From IMG/VR virus record IMGVR_UViG_3300025018_000345, positions 1 to 34,695 of that record: 34,695 nucleotides of DNA. One strand, 5' to 3'. This stretch comes from a virus. Lineage: Duplodnaviria; Caudoviricetes. Below, piece by piece: positions 17,037-26,650 of the stretch (position 1 is the first letter of the stretch; the number at the start of each line of letters is the position of its first letter). The notes under the pieces were generated by a model. It saw only the letters and a program-made list of their open reading frames with translations. It ran no database searches and was not told the DNA's origin. Position numbers and translations under genes: made by a program.

Positions 17037-17263
17037 ACATTGAGTTATATAAGTTTTTCTCTGGTCACAGCAGATTGCCTGACGAGTTTGAAGAAGTTTA
17101 TTTGTGCCACTTACTTGGCCTTAGTTATACTGAGTTAAAAAACCAACCAGATTGGTGGGTTAAAAATTACGTTCGTTTTTTAGAGCAAAAGGGCAAACAA
17201 GAAAGCGACAAACTCAAAGCACAACAAGCATTAAACAAAATGAGATCGGGTAAAAAGAGATGA
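17025..17263 (+). CDS. -1 frameshift extension of the tail assembly chaperone (gpGT-like)
   Basis: A9 run at 17025-17033; the -1 frame is open through IDIELYKFFSGHSRLPDEFEEVYLCHLLG to 17263. Confidence 0.75.
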
Positions 17264-17284
17264 TGTTTTTCTTATAATAAAGAT

Positions 17285-18961
17285 ATGGCAAATGATTTAT
17301 CGTACATCTTAAAAATCAAAGACGAAGCGACAAGCGAACTCAAGGGCTTTCAAAAGGGGTTAGAGGATACAGATAAGCAAGCAAATAACGCTTCTAAAAC
17401 TATGGGTAATTTTGGCACTAGCATTACAAGTGCTATGAAAGTTGCCACCGTTGCCATTGCTGGTGTTACAACTGCTTTAATTGGTATGGTTAAGCTTGGT
17501 GAGGCTGGTGGTAAATTGCTTGATGTACAGAACTCTTTTAATACGCTTGCAGAGAACGCAGGGAAAAGCGGTGACAAGTTAATTGAAACATTTCGTGATG
17601 TTACACATAATACAATCGCTGACGCAACTATGATGAAAAATAGTGTCAAAGCGTCAATGCTTGGTATCCCAATCGATAAAATGAGCAACTTAATGCAGAT
17701 TGCTAGAACTCAGGCCGTGACAATGGGTGAGGACGTAGGTTATATGCTTGAGTCTATCGTCACTGGTGTTGGCCGTGCTTCACCACTTATTTTGGATAAC
17801 TTAGGTATTACTTTAAAAATGGGTGAAGTTTATGAGAAAACAGCCAAATCTTTGGGTAAAACAACCGAAGAACTAACCGACGCAGAACGCAAGCAAGGTT
17901 TGTTGAACGCCGTTATTGAGTGGGGTAATGAGAAGCAAATAGCTATGGGTGGCGAGGTTGATAGTAACGCTGAGAGTTTTCAACAATTACAAACCAGTGT
18001 ACAAAATATGATAAATATGGGTATGTCTGCTTTAGTACCTGTGCTTTCAGAGGTTGCAGTAGCTTTAGAAAGCTTTTTAAAGAGCGATCAATTTCAAGCA
18101 TTTATTACTGGAATAGGTAACGCTATCGCTTTTGTTGTACCAATAATTCAAGGTTTATTTGATGCTTTAATGGTTTTATCACCAGTGTTTCAAGCGTTCT
18201 TTAATTGGATTGGCACGGTAGCAGTACCAGTTGTAACTAATTTCTGGTTAAAGTTTAAAGAGTCGTTTGATGCTATTGCCAAACAGATCGGCGACTTTGT
18301 AGGTATTATTTTACCAATGATTGAGCCAGCACTTAGGGTTGTTGAGTGGGCTTGGAACTTAATATGGGGTAATATCTCTGCTTACTTTACTTTTGTCTGG
18401 GAAACAATTAAGAATACTTTAAACTTAGCACTTGGTTTAATTAAAGGTGCTATTCAAATAGCTATGGGTGCAATAGAGATTATTTTCAGTGTTGCTTTGG
18501 GTATATTAACTTTAAATTGGGATACCGCTTGGCAAGGTATGAAAAAAGGCTTTGAGAGCATTTGGGAAGGTATAAAAACTTCACTCGTTGCTTCATTTGA
18601 CTTTATCAAAGGCCATATCTCTAACAGTCTTAATTATATTATTGATATTGTTAATAATGCTATTGGGGCAATTAACAGCGTTGAGGTTGCTGGCAAGAGT
18701 ACCAATATCGGTAAGATTAACAGACTAGAGTTTAGCGACGGTGGCTTTGTACCTTATACTGGTATGGCTAAAGTACACGCTGGCGAGTTTGTACTCTCGA
18801 GAGAAATGCTTGCTGGTAAACAATCAGTGCCAAGTAATGTATCGTCTAGCGTTACCAATAACAACCAACCCATTAACGTGACAGCAGTTATTAACACCGA
18901 GTTGGACGCATACAGTCTGGGTAATATCTTGGGACAACAATTAGCGTTTGCAGGAAGATAA
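17285..18961 (+). CDS. Tape measure protein (short, 558 aa)
   Basis: ILKIKDEAT start, GVGRASPLILDNLGI, Trp-periodic amphipathic repeats, VHAGEFVL. Confidence 0.9.
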   Translation: MANDLSYILKIKDEATSELKGFQKGLEDTDKQANNASKTMGNFGTSITSAMKVATVAIAGVTTALIGMVKLGEAGGKLLDVQNSFNTLAENAGKSGDKLIETFRDVTHNTIADATMMKNSVKASMLGIPIDKMSNLMQIARTQAVTMGEDVGYMLESIVTGVGRASPLILDNLGITLKMGEVYEKTAKSLGKTTEELTDAERKQGLLNAVIEWGNEKQIAMGGEVDSNAESFQQLQTSVQNMINMGMSALVPVLSEVAVALESFLKSDQFQAFITGIGNAIAFVVPIIQGLFDALMVLSPVFQAFFNWIGTVAVPVVTNFWLKFKESFDAIAKQIGDFVGIILPMIEPALRVVEWAWNLIWGNISAYFTFVWETIKNTLNLALGLIKGAIQIAMGAIEIIFSVALGILTLNWDTAWQGMKKGFESIWEGIKTSLVASFDFIKGHISNSLNYIIDIVNNAIGAINSVEVAGKSTNIGKINRLEFSDGGFVPYTGMAKVHAGEFVLSREMLAGKQSVPSNVSSSVTNNNQPINVTAVINTELDAYSLGNILGQQLAFAGR

Positions 18962-18962
18962 G

Positions 18963-19805
18963 ATGATTAAAAATGTATTTGTTAATGGTATCCAGGTAAA
19001 CTCAAGTAAGTGCTATTTACAGGAGTTGGGTAATATTGCGTCTGCTCAGGTTGATTTTTCAGACTATCAACGTGGTGGTACATCTGGCCAAATCTTGTCA
19101 CGACCTCTTTATAAGGGTTTAACAATCAATATGAGTTGGTTTGTTAAGGGAGCTGGTCTTAATGATTTTATTACCCAACGTGATCGTCTGATTAGCTATT
19201 TTCAAAACAAGGAAACAACCAGCGACTATTTTAAAACACTAGGCTTTGAATTAAATAATGGCACTATTAAAGAAGTTGATGTTTTATTTTCTCAAGTAAG
19301 CGGTGGCCTAGACTCTAATAATATTGCCTACTCAACGTTTGATTTAACTGCTGTTTCTGAGCAAGAGTTTTTGACCAGCCGTACAGAAAAAACAGCCATA
19401 GTCGCAATTACTATCGGTGGTGGTATGTCTATCCCAATGCCAATTCCTATGGATATGAGCGTAGGTGGTAGCACTGACGAAACTATTTTGACCAACGATG
19501 GTAACGCCAACTCTTACCCAACCATTATTGTTTATGGTGATTTAACAACCGCTTTTAACTTAATTAACGATACTACAGGGGAAACATTAACTTATACAGG
19601 AACACTCGGAGCTAGTGATTATGTTGAGCTTGATTTTTATAACCGTACTGCGATTTTAAATGGTGCAAACTCTGCTTTAGGTAATATTAGTGGCGACTGG
19701 TGGAAAATAGCACCAGGCACAAACGTCGTTCGTATTACCAGTGGCTTGTCACTTGACGGCGGTTATGCAACATTTACTTACAAAGACAGTTATAGGAATA
19801 TTTAA
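18963..19805 (+). CDS. Distal tail protein (Dit)
   Basis: Follows tape measure; NDGNANSYPTIIVYG, WWKIAPGTN; ATG 18963 preferred to TTG 18948. Confidence 0.8.
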   Translation: MIKNVFVNGIQVNSSKCYLQELGNIASAQVDFSDYQRGGTSGQILSRPLYKGLTINMSWFVKGAGLNDFITQRDRLISYFQNKETTSDYFKTLGFELNNGTIKEVDVLFSQVSGGLDSNNIAYSTFDLTAVSEQEFLTSRTEKTAIVAITIGGGMSIPMPIPMDMSVGGSTDETILTNDGNANSYPTIIVYGDLTTAFNLINDTTGETLTYTGTLGASDYVELDFYNRTAILNGANSALGNISGDWWKIAPGTNVVRITSGLSLDGGYATFTYKDSYRNI

Positions 19806-20851
19806 TGTACGAATTAAAAATATATAACTCTGCTGGCTCTGATGTATGGGTCATACCTTTTGAGAACATGACTTTAACTGAGGTCTTAAACAAAGGCGTT
19901 TCGGGTAGTGTTTCAATTAACTATCAACCGCTTGCTAGATATGCCACTAGATTAAATACAACCGTTGATAATATTTTGTCTGCTGAGTACCGAGAGTGGA
20001 AGCTTTTTAGAAATGGAACGCTATTTTATGCTGGTGTACTAATGAGCAGACGTTTTTCAGGCTCTAGGGGACAAGCAACCGCATTAACTTTAGACATAGC
20101 AGGATATGAACAACTACTTGCCAACCGTATTACTGGCAACGCTGGTACTTGGGCTTATACTGCCGATGACAGTGCAGATATTGCTTGGGACTTAATTGAT
20201 CAATCTCAAAATGACAGTAGTGGGTTTGGTGATGTAGGTATCACTAGGGGTACACACCCAACTACCGTCGATCGTGATAATACTTGCCGTTATTCAAATA
20301 TTTTAAATGAGATTATTTCAATGAGTGCTAGTAAGAAGTGGAACGGTTATGACTGGCAAATTACACCACTTAAAGTGTTTGATATTTATTATCCAACCAG
20401 GGGTGAGGTTAAAGCAGATATTATTTTAGATGACTTTAATATTATTTCTTGGAATAATAACAAAGCGTTGGTTGGTACTTTGGCTAACAGAGTTATAGTC
20501 GTTGGTTCTGGTGGTGAGGACGATATTGTTTCTGCTACCGTTGAGGATACCAGCGTCATGGACACTTGGTATTTACAAGAACGAGTGCTTGCAGAGAAAA
20601 GCACCGAGCTAGTGCAAAACCTACAAGACAAGGGTGATGAGCTACTGCAAAAGAGAAAAGAGCCGAGCGACATTGTTAGTATTAAAGTAAACGACAAGAA
20701 CCCACTAATTACAGAATACCAAGTGGGCGACACTTTAACAGTAAAAATTAGCGAACTTGGGCTAGATCAGGCGTTAAGATTGGAAAAAAGAACAATGCAA
20801 ATACAGCGTTCTGGTGAAGCACAAGTAGATTTATCGTTCTTATATGGATAG
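19805..20851 (+). CDS. Baseplate hub/Tal-like minor tail protein
   Basis: Synteny; LANRVIVVGSG, YQVGDTLTV. Confidence 0.75.
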   Translation: MYELKIYNSAGSDVWVIPFENMTLTEVLNKGVSGSVSINYQPLARYATRLNTTVDNILSAEYREWKLFRNGTLFYAGVLMSRRFSGSRGQATALTLDIAGYEQLLANRITGNAGTWAYTADDSADIAWDLIDQSQNDSSGFGDVGITRGTHPTTVDRDNTCRYSNILNEIISMSASKKWNGYDWQITPLKVFDIYYPTRGEVKADIILDDFNIISWNNNKALVGTLANRVIVVGSGGEDDIVSATVEDTSVMDTWYLQERVLAEKSTELVQNLQDKGDELLQKRKEPSDIVSIKVNDKNPLITEYQVGDTLTVKISELGLDQALRLEKRTMQIQRSGEAQVDLSFLYG

Positions 20852-21482
20852 CGACATTTATCAAATACTAGGCGACTTTGACCGCAGACTACAAGACCTC
20901 GAGAGGTGGTCTGGTTCTGGTTCTGGTGGTGGTAATTACTCTGATATTAAAGCCGAAGTGCCAAGCGGTACAATGAACTCTAGTAATGTTACTTTTACAA
21001 TTGCTAACACGCCTATTGATGGTGAGATACAGTTATTTATTAACAGAACACTACTTGCACCAACCGATGACTATACTTTAGCTGGCAAAACAATAACAAT
21101 GGTGGACGCACCTGACTCTGGCGATAGTTTACTTGCTTATTATCAAACCCAAACAGGCACAATGGTTGGTTCTAACTCTTTAGTAATGGCAGAAGAAATG
21201 GGTGGCACTGCTGACGGCAGTAATGTAACTTTTACAATAGAAAACGAGAGAATACCTGGAACTTTAGTTGTTAAAAGAGATGGTCAAGAGCTTTACGAAA
21301 CAAATGATTTTACGGTTAGTGGCACAACTATAACTATGAACTCTGCACCAGCTTCAGGCTCAGAAATGAGAGCAACCTACCAAGTTGAAGTGGTTGCTAC
21401 TGCAAATGCTGATACCCTTGATGGTTTACACGCTAATACTATTATGCAACAAATGTGGTTATTTAATCAGGTATTTAATTAA
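20844..21482 (+). CDS. Minor tail protein with an N-terminal coiled coil and two repeated beta domains
   Basis: RRLQDLER; SNVTFTI...DY/FT..G.TITM..AP.SG occurs twice; NADTLDGLHA. Confidence 0.7.
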   Translation: MDSDIYQILGDFDRRLQDLERWSGSGSGGGNYSDIKAEVPSGTMNSSNVTFTIANTPIDGEIQLFINRTLLAPTDDYTLAGKTITMVDAPDSGDSLLAYYQTQTGTMVGSNSLVMAEEMGGTADGSNVTFTIENERIPGTLVVKRDGQELYETNDFTVSGTTITMNSAPASGSEMRATYQVEVVATANADTLDGLHANTIMQQMWLFNQVFN

Positions 21483-21489
21483 AGGAAAT

Positions 21490-21843
21490 ATGATTTATAA
21501 AAGAAAACTATCAGGTAGCACAGACGGCAAAGGTATTAAGGTCGTCGCTACCGCTACAACTGGTACAACTATTCATACAGCAGTAGCAGGAACGACCGCT
21601 GGAACTTTTGATGAGATTTGGCTTTATGCTTATAACTCACATACTTCGGCAGTAACTTTAACCATTGAGTTTGGTGGTACAACTGCACCAGATCAAAATA
21701 TTAAAGTTAGTTTAGCTTCACAATCTGGTTTATCTTTAATAGTACCTGGCTTAATTTTACAAAATGAAGCAGTGGTAACAGCTTTTGCTTCATCTGCAAA
21801 CGTAATAACCATATCTGGCTGGGTAAATACAATGACTGACTAA
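21490..21843 (+). CDS. Virion-associated hypothetical protein (start moved from 21385)
   Basis: AAAGGAAAT-ATG at 21481-21492; beta-rich sequence. Confidence 0.7.
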   Translation: MIYKRKLSGSTDGKGIKVVATATTGTTIHTAVAGTTAGTFDEIWLYAYNSHTSAVTLTIEFGGTTAPDQNIKVSLASQSGLSLIVPGLILQNEAVVTAFASSANVITISGWVNTMTD

Positions 21844-21844
21844 T

Positions 21845-23011
21845 ATGGCACAAAGACAATTTAGATCAGATGATACTAGCTTATGGCAAGAGTATTATTG
21901 TTCTGGTTCTTATGGTGATGCAACATTGTCTGGAACTTATGGTTCTGGTATAGGTGGTTGGCACGAGAGTTGTTCTGGAACTTCAGGAAATTCTAGTTTA
22001 GTAGTTAATTCAGGTTGGTCAGGCTCTTTTCCTTGTATTATTCATCAGACAAGAGGAACAGGTGTTGGTAATTGGGAAATAAATTACATTACATCAATGA
22101 GTAGTGGTACTGCTACCTTAAAATATCCTTTAATAAATACATATACAGATTCAGGTACTTCACAGGCTCAATGTGTATTGATGAGAGAATATGACAATAT
22201 TACTATTTCAGGAACTTTAACTGGAACAAACTGGAATCAGGATAGAGGTGGAATTATAGCTTTAATGGCTAAGACCTCAATAAATATTTCTGGAACAATT
22301 ACTTGCTCTACTAAAGGCCATATTTATGGAAATCAGGTTCAAGGAAATCCAGCTACAGCTTATTGTGGAGAGGGTACTAATTCAACTTCAACCCAAACAA
22401 CAAATCCTACTGGTAATGCTGGTGGTGGTGGATACCAACAAAATGATGCTTCTGCTGGTGGTGGTGGTGGAAATGGAACAGCTGGTGGTACTGGTGCTAA
22501 AAGAAACTATACAGGTGGTGTTGGTGGAGATGTTTCTGGTAATGCTGGTTTAACATCAATGGTTATGGGTGGTGGTGCTGGTGGTGGGACTAGAGATAAT
22601 AATACAAGTGGTAGAGGTGGGTATGGTGGTGGAATAATAATTTTAATTTCACCATCTATAACAATATCTGGCTCAGTTACAGCTAGTGGTGAAGCTGGAC
22701 AAACAATAACAACAGGTGGTGGAGGTGGAGGTGGAGCTGGTGGCAGTGTCTTACTCAAGTGCAAAACTGCAACTCTTGGAACAACTAAGATAGTTTCAAC
22801 AGGTGGATCTGGTGGTGTTGGCTTAACACTTGATGCTATACCGATAAATGGTGGTGCTGGTGGCACAGGTCGTATTCACCTTGACTACTCAACCTCTTAT
22901 ACAGGAACAACCAACCCAACTATTGATGTAAGACAAGATGCTAGTTTACTTGGTATTACACCTACAACTAACTATTTAAGATCAATGAGAGGAAGAAGCA
23001 GATATACTTAA
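21845..23011 (+). CDS. Glycine-rich tail fibre/adhesin-like protein
   Basis: GGGAGGG tracts, GGIIILI, GGSVLL, GGTGRIHL. Confidence 0.75.
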   Translation: MAQRQFRSDDTSLWQEYYCSGSYGDATLSGTYGSGIGGWHESCSGTSGNSSLVVNSGWSGSFPCIIHQTRGTGVGNWEINYITSMSSGTATLKYPLINTYTDSGTSQAQCVLMREYDNITISGTLTGTNWNQDRGGIIALMAKTSINISGTITCSTKGHIYGNQVQGNPATAYCGEGTNSTSTQTTNPTGNAGGGGYQQNDASAGGGGGNGTAGGTGAKRNYTGGVGGDVSGNAGLTSMVMGGGAGGGTRDNNTSGRGGYGGGIIILISPSITISGSVTASGEAGQTITTGGGGGGGAGGSVLLKCKTATLGTTKIVSTGGSGGVGLTLDAIPINGGAGGTGRIHLDYSTSYTGTTNPTIDVRQDASLLGITPTTNYLRSMRGRSRYT

Positions 23012-23012
23012 T

Positions 23013-24593
23013 ATGGCAAATGCAACAGGTGGAACAATTACATATTCAGGCGGAAAAACCATACATACTTTTACCAGTAGTGGTACTTTTACTACTCCTC
23101 AATTTTCTATTCAACCAATCATTGAAACATTAGTAGTTGGTGGAGGTGGCTCTGGTGGAAGAAACAATGGTGGAGGAGGAGGTGGTGGTGGTATCTCTCA
23201 TGATACTGGTTTTACTGTTACTTCTGAAACAGCTTATACAATCACAGTTGGTAATGGAGGGGGAACAACAACAACAAGTATTCCTGGTGCATCAGGTGGA
23301 AACTCATCAATAAATTCTGTTTATATTGGTTATGGTGGAGGTGGTGGAGGTTCTGGTTTGAATCAAAATGGTGTAAATGGTGGTTCTGGTGGTGGTGGAG
23401 GTGCTGCAAATAGAGCTGGTGGAACTGGAACAGATGGTTCTGGTGGCACACTTTATGGAAATAATGGTGGTAGAAGCTCAACAAGTGAGTGGTATGCAGG
23501 AGGAGGTGGAGGGGCAGGAGCAGTAGGTCAGACTGCTACAGTAGGAAACTCTGGTGATGGTGGAAATGGTTATGCTTTTTCAACCTCTGGTTCATCTATT
23601 ATTTATGGTGGTGGTGGAGGTGGTGGAAGTTATGCTGGTGCAAATAGTGCTGGTGGTACTGGTGGTGGTGGTGCTGGTAAAGCTAGTAATAGTGGAGTTG
23701 CTGGAACTGCTGGAACTGTTAATCTTGGAGGAGGAGGTGGTGGTGGAAGTGGTGGTAATGGTAATGGTGGTGCTGGTGGAAAAGGTATTGTCATTATTTC
23801 CTATGAAACAGATGGATTTATTCAGATAGTAGCAACAACAAACTACTTATTAAATTATAGAAAAACCAGAGAACCAAAAGTTAAAACTACTTTAACCAAT
23901 GTTCAAACTGAACTTTATAACACTTCTCTTTTATCAGACGCTAATTTAGTTGCTTATTATCAGTTTGAGGGTAACGCAAATGATTATAAAGCTACTTATA
24001 ATGGAACTGCTACCTCTGTAACTTATGGAACTTCTTATGGATTGTTTAATCAGGGTGCGAACTTTGCTGGTGCTGGATATATAAATATTAACGCTGGTTT
24101 TGGAAATACTTTTAGTTTCACTTTTAGATTTAAAACCACTGCTACAAGTTTAAAACCATTGTTTTATGCTGGTAATCAACCAGCACCAACAACCCCAACA
24201 GGTTGGATTCCGATGATTATTATGAACGCTAATGGAACTGTTAGAGCAGAAACTTGGGTTGGTGCTGGAAGCAGTGTTACCAGTTCTAGTGCTTATAATG
24301 ACGGTAATTGGCATACTCTAGTATTTGTTAGCGGTGCTTCTTATTATTCTCTTTATATTGATGGCTCTCTTATCGGAACTTATACTGCAACTGTAAATAA
24401 CTCTTGGTGGACTAAAACCGTTATTGGTGCTGGTTATGTTGATACTGGTCGTGGTAGTGCTTCAACTGCTTATTATTACTTTGTTGGTCAAATTGATGAT
24501 GTAGCAATATTTAATAAAGCATTAAATACAACCGAAATAGCTCTTTTATATTATCAAAGATACCCAGCTATAAATATTACAGGAGTAGAATAG
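23013..24593 (+). CDS. Glycine-rich protein with a C-terminal LamG/concanavalin A-like domain (putative receptor binding)
   Basis: IHTFTSSGTF, LVVGGGGSGG, GIVIISY; LVAYYQFEGNAND, NDGNWH, GQIDDVAIFNKAL. Confidence 0.82.
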   Translation: MANATGGTITYSGGKTIHTFTSSGTFTTPQFSIQPIIETLVVGGGGSGGRNNGGGGGGGGISHDTGFTVTSETAYTITVGNGGGTTTTSIPGASGGNSSINSVYIGYGGGGGGSGLNQNGVNGGSGGGGGAANRAGGTGTDGSGGTLYGNNGGRSSTSEWYAGGGGGAGAVGQTATVGNSGDGGNGYAFSTSGSSIIYGGGGGGGSYAGANSAGGTGGGGAGKASNSGVAGTAGTVNLGGGGGGGSGGNGNGGAGGKGIVIISYETDGFIQIVATTNYLLNYRKTREPKVKTTLTNVQTELYNTSLLSDANLVAYYQFEGNANDYKATYNGTATSVTYGTSYGLFNQGANFAGAGYININAGFGNTFSFTFRFKTTATSLKPLFYAGNQPAPTTPTGWIPMIIMNANGTVRAETWVGAGSSVTSSSAYNDGNWHTLVFVSGASYYSLYIDGSLIGTYTATVNNSWWTKTVIGAGYVDTGRGSASTAYYYFVGQIDDVAIFNKALNTTEIALLYYQRYPAINITGVE

Positions 24594-24599
24594 GAAACT

Positions 24600-25094
24600 A
24601 TGGCAACAACATCAATTAAAACAAAACAATTAGCAGATGACGCAGTAACAACAGACAAGATATTAGATGACGCAGTAACTTTAGATAAAAGAGCAAACGA
24701 CAAACCATATTTTGTAGCTACTTATAGTGGCAGTATTTCTTCGCCAAACGACGTTGTTTGGGGTAATGAGATTGTTGATAACTTGGGAAACTATAATAAC
24801 TCAACTGGTATTTTTACAGCACCCGTAGCTGGCTTTTATGTCTTTGGATACAATATCCTTTTGCCAAATGCAAATACTGGAGAGTTTAGATTAAATTGGT
24901 ATGTCAATGGAAGTCTTTATGATGGCATAATTTACTACAAAGCTACTGCAAACCAGTGGCATACAATGTCATCAACCGTTGGGATATCTCTTTCGGCAAC
25001 CAACACTATTAAGGTTAGATATGATACTGGCGGTGGTGCGTTGTATTCTGACGCCAACTATAACCGCTTTTGGGGTTATTTAGCAAGTTATTAA
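24600..25094 (+). CDS. C1q/TNF-like domain protein with N-terminal 10-aa repeats
   Basis: YNNSTGIFTAPVAGFYVF, FWGYL; AGATGACGCAGTAAC at 24635 and 24665. Confidence 0.75.
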   Translation: MATTSIKTKQLADDAVTTDKILDDAVTLDKRANDKPYFVATYSGSISSPNDVVWGNEIVDNLGNYNNSTGIFTAPVAGFYVFGYNILLPNANTGEFRLNWYVNGSLYDGIIYYKATANQWHTMSSTVGISLSATNTIKVRYDTGGGALYSDANYNRFWGYLASY

Positions 25095-25105
25095 AAGGAT
25101 AAATA

Positions 25106-25546
25106 ATGCCAGAAACTAAATTACAATCACAAGCAGTAAAAAATGGATCAATAATCGCAGACAAACTTGGATTATCACCACAAACTTCCTATGTTTCAAC
25201 AGATCAATCTACAACTAGCAATAGCTATACAGACCTAGCAACTGCTCAATCAGTTACAATTACCGTTGGTGCTAATGGTTTAGCTTTGGCGATTTGGTCG
25301 TCTGGTATCTATACGAGTGCAACAGCAAAAAGAGTTTCAATAGCTGTTTCTGGAGCAACTACTGTTTCTGCTGATGATGCTTGGTCTTTAAGATGTGATA
25401 CAGCATCTTTTTCAACAACACAATCAACAACTCATCTTTTTACTGGACTAACTGCTGGAACAAACACTTTCACTCTAAAGTTTAAAAGCTCTGGAAGTGC
25501 AACAGCTAACTTTTTTGAAAGACGATTAACAGTAATACCTTTATGA
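25106..25546 (+). CDS. Small tail fibre tip-like protein
   Basis: TTSNSYTDL, LFTGLTAGTNTFTLKFK, RRLTVIPL; AAGGA RBS. Confidence 0.65.
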   Translation: MPETKLQSQAVKNGSIIADKLGLSPQTSYVSTDQSTTSNSYTDLATAQSVTITVGANGLALAIWSSGIYTSATAKRVSIAVSGATTVSADDAWSLRCDTASFSTTQSTTHLFTGLTAGTNTFTLKFKSSGSATANFFERRLTVIPL

Positions 25547-25628
25547 CAACTTGGACACCATAACCAACTAGCTAAACAGGAAAACAACAAGGTTAAAAAA
25601 GTATAATCAATTATAAGGAATTAAAACA

Positions 25629-26462
25629 ATGTCTATCTATACTTTAAGAAACGATGTAAATAATCACCCAGAGGACTCGGTACTACAAGCCATAACAGAT
25701 ATGGTTCGTAAGTCTGGTGTTTTAACAACCTCTGATCTGTTGGTTGGTGAATACGGCGGTGGGGGATTAGTAGTAGAAGTTTCCACTGGTCGTGCTTACG
25801 TTAAAGGTTCTGCAACCAATGCTTATCCAGTAAGAATAACAACCAACACACAGCTAGCAGTATCACCCAACAGCTCTGGTAATGATCGTATTGATTCCGT
25901 AGTTTTATATATCGATCTGAGTGCCACACCTGATCCAAGTGGCGGTGGCGACGACGTTGCTATGCTTGCTATTGTAGAGGGTATTCCAGCAGGTTCACCA
26001 GTCGCACCTAGCGATAGTGCTATTCAGGCTGAGATTGGAGCTAGTAACCCATTTTTACGCCGTGCAGACTTTACCGTAACTAATGGAGCAACTGGTATTA
26101 GTGCAGGTCAAATTACCAACACGCTTCAAAGAGTATTTATCTCAACTCATAGACCAATTTATGAAGCAACTTTTGCTTCCAGCTTTACCCCTGACTTTTT
26201 AGACGGCGATAAACAGCTTATTACTTTAACTGGTAATATTACTTTTGTAGCTCCAAATAATATGGACATTGGCGACGCAATAGAGCTTCAACTCTTACAA
26301 GATGGTACTGGTTCAAGAACTGTAACTTGGTTTGCTGGTATTACTTGGTTAAGTCCTGATTACTCTATCAATTCAACTGCTAATAAATTAAGCGTCTATG
26401 TAATTGAAAAGACAGGCGACACAACTTATAACGGCTATTTAGCTGGTAAGGAATATACATAA
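25629..26462 (+). CDS. Baseplate/tail fibre attachment protein (putative)
   Basis: VEVSTGRAYV, RIDSVVLYID; LLQDGTGSRTVTW C-terminal domain. Confidence 0.7.
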   Translation: MSIYTLRNDVNNHPEDSVLQAITDMVRKSGVLTTSDLLVGEYGGGGLVVEVSTGRAYVKGSATNAYPVRITTNTQLAVSPNSSGNDRIDSVVLYIDLSATPDPSGGGDDVAMLAIVEGIPAGSPVAPSDSAIQAEIGASNPFLRRADFTVTNGATGISAGQITNTLQRVFISTHRPIYEATFASSFTPDFLDGDKQLITLTGNITFVAPNNMDIGDAIELQLLQDGTGSRTVTWFAGITWLSPDYSINSTANKLSVYVIEKTGDTTYNGYLAGKEYT

Positions 26463-26650
26463 TGACCAAAACTGTTTTTAAAATTATTGGTTACACAATG
26501 AAAACTCCCAATGGGGATTTTATGGAAAGTTGTGTTTTTTGGGTTTATGCCAATAACGAAAAAGAAGCAATGAAAAAAATTAAGTCTTACAAAATTGAAA
26601 AGAAATTTTATCAAACACTAGAGGTAATCGAAAAAGAAAAAGATGCTTAG
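26462..26650 (+). CDS. Small hypothetical protein (possible fibre chaperone)
   Basis: Coupled to both neighbours. Confidence 0.65.
   Translation: MTKTVFKIIGYTMKTPNGDFMESCVFWVYANNEKEAMKKIKSYKIEKKFYQTLEVIEKEKDA

Noticed and set aside
22326-23829. Val-rich, Pro-rich and His-rich alternative-frame ORFs
   Set aside because: By-products of GGT/GGA glycine codon runs.
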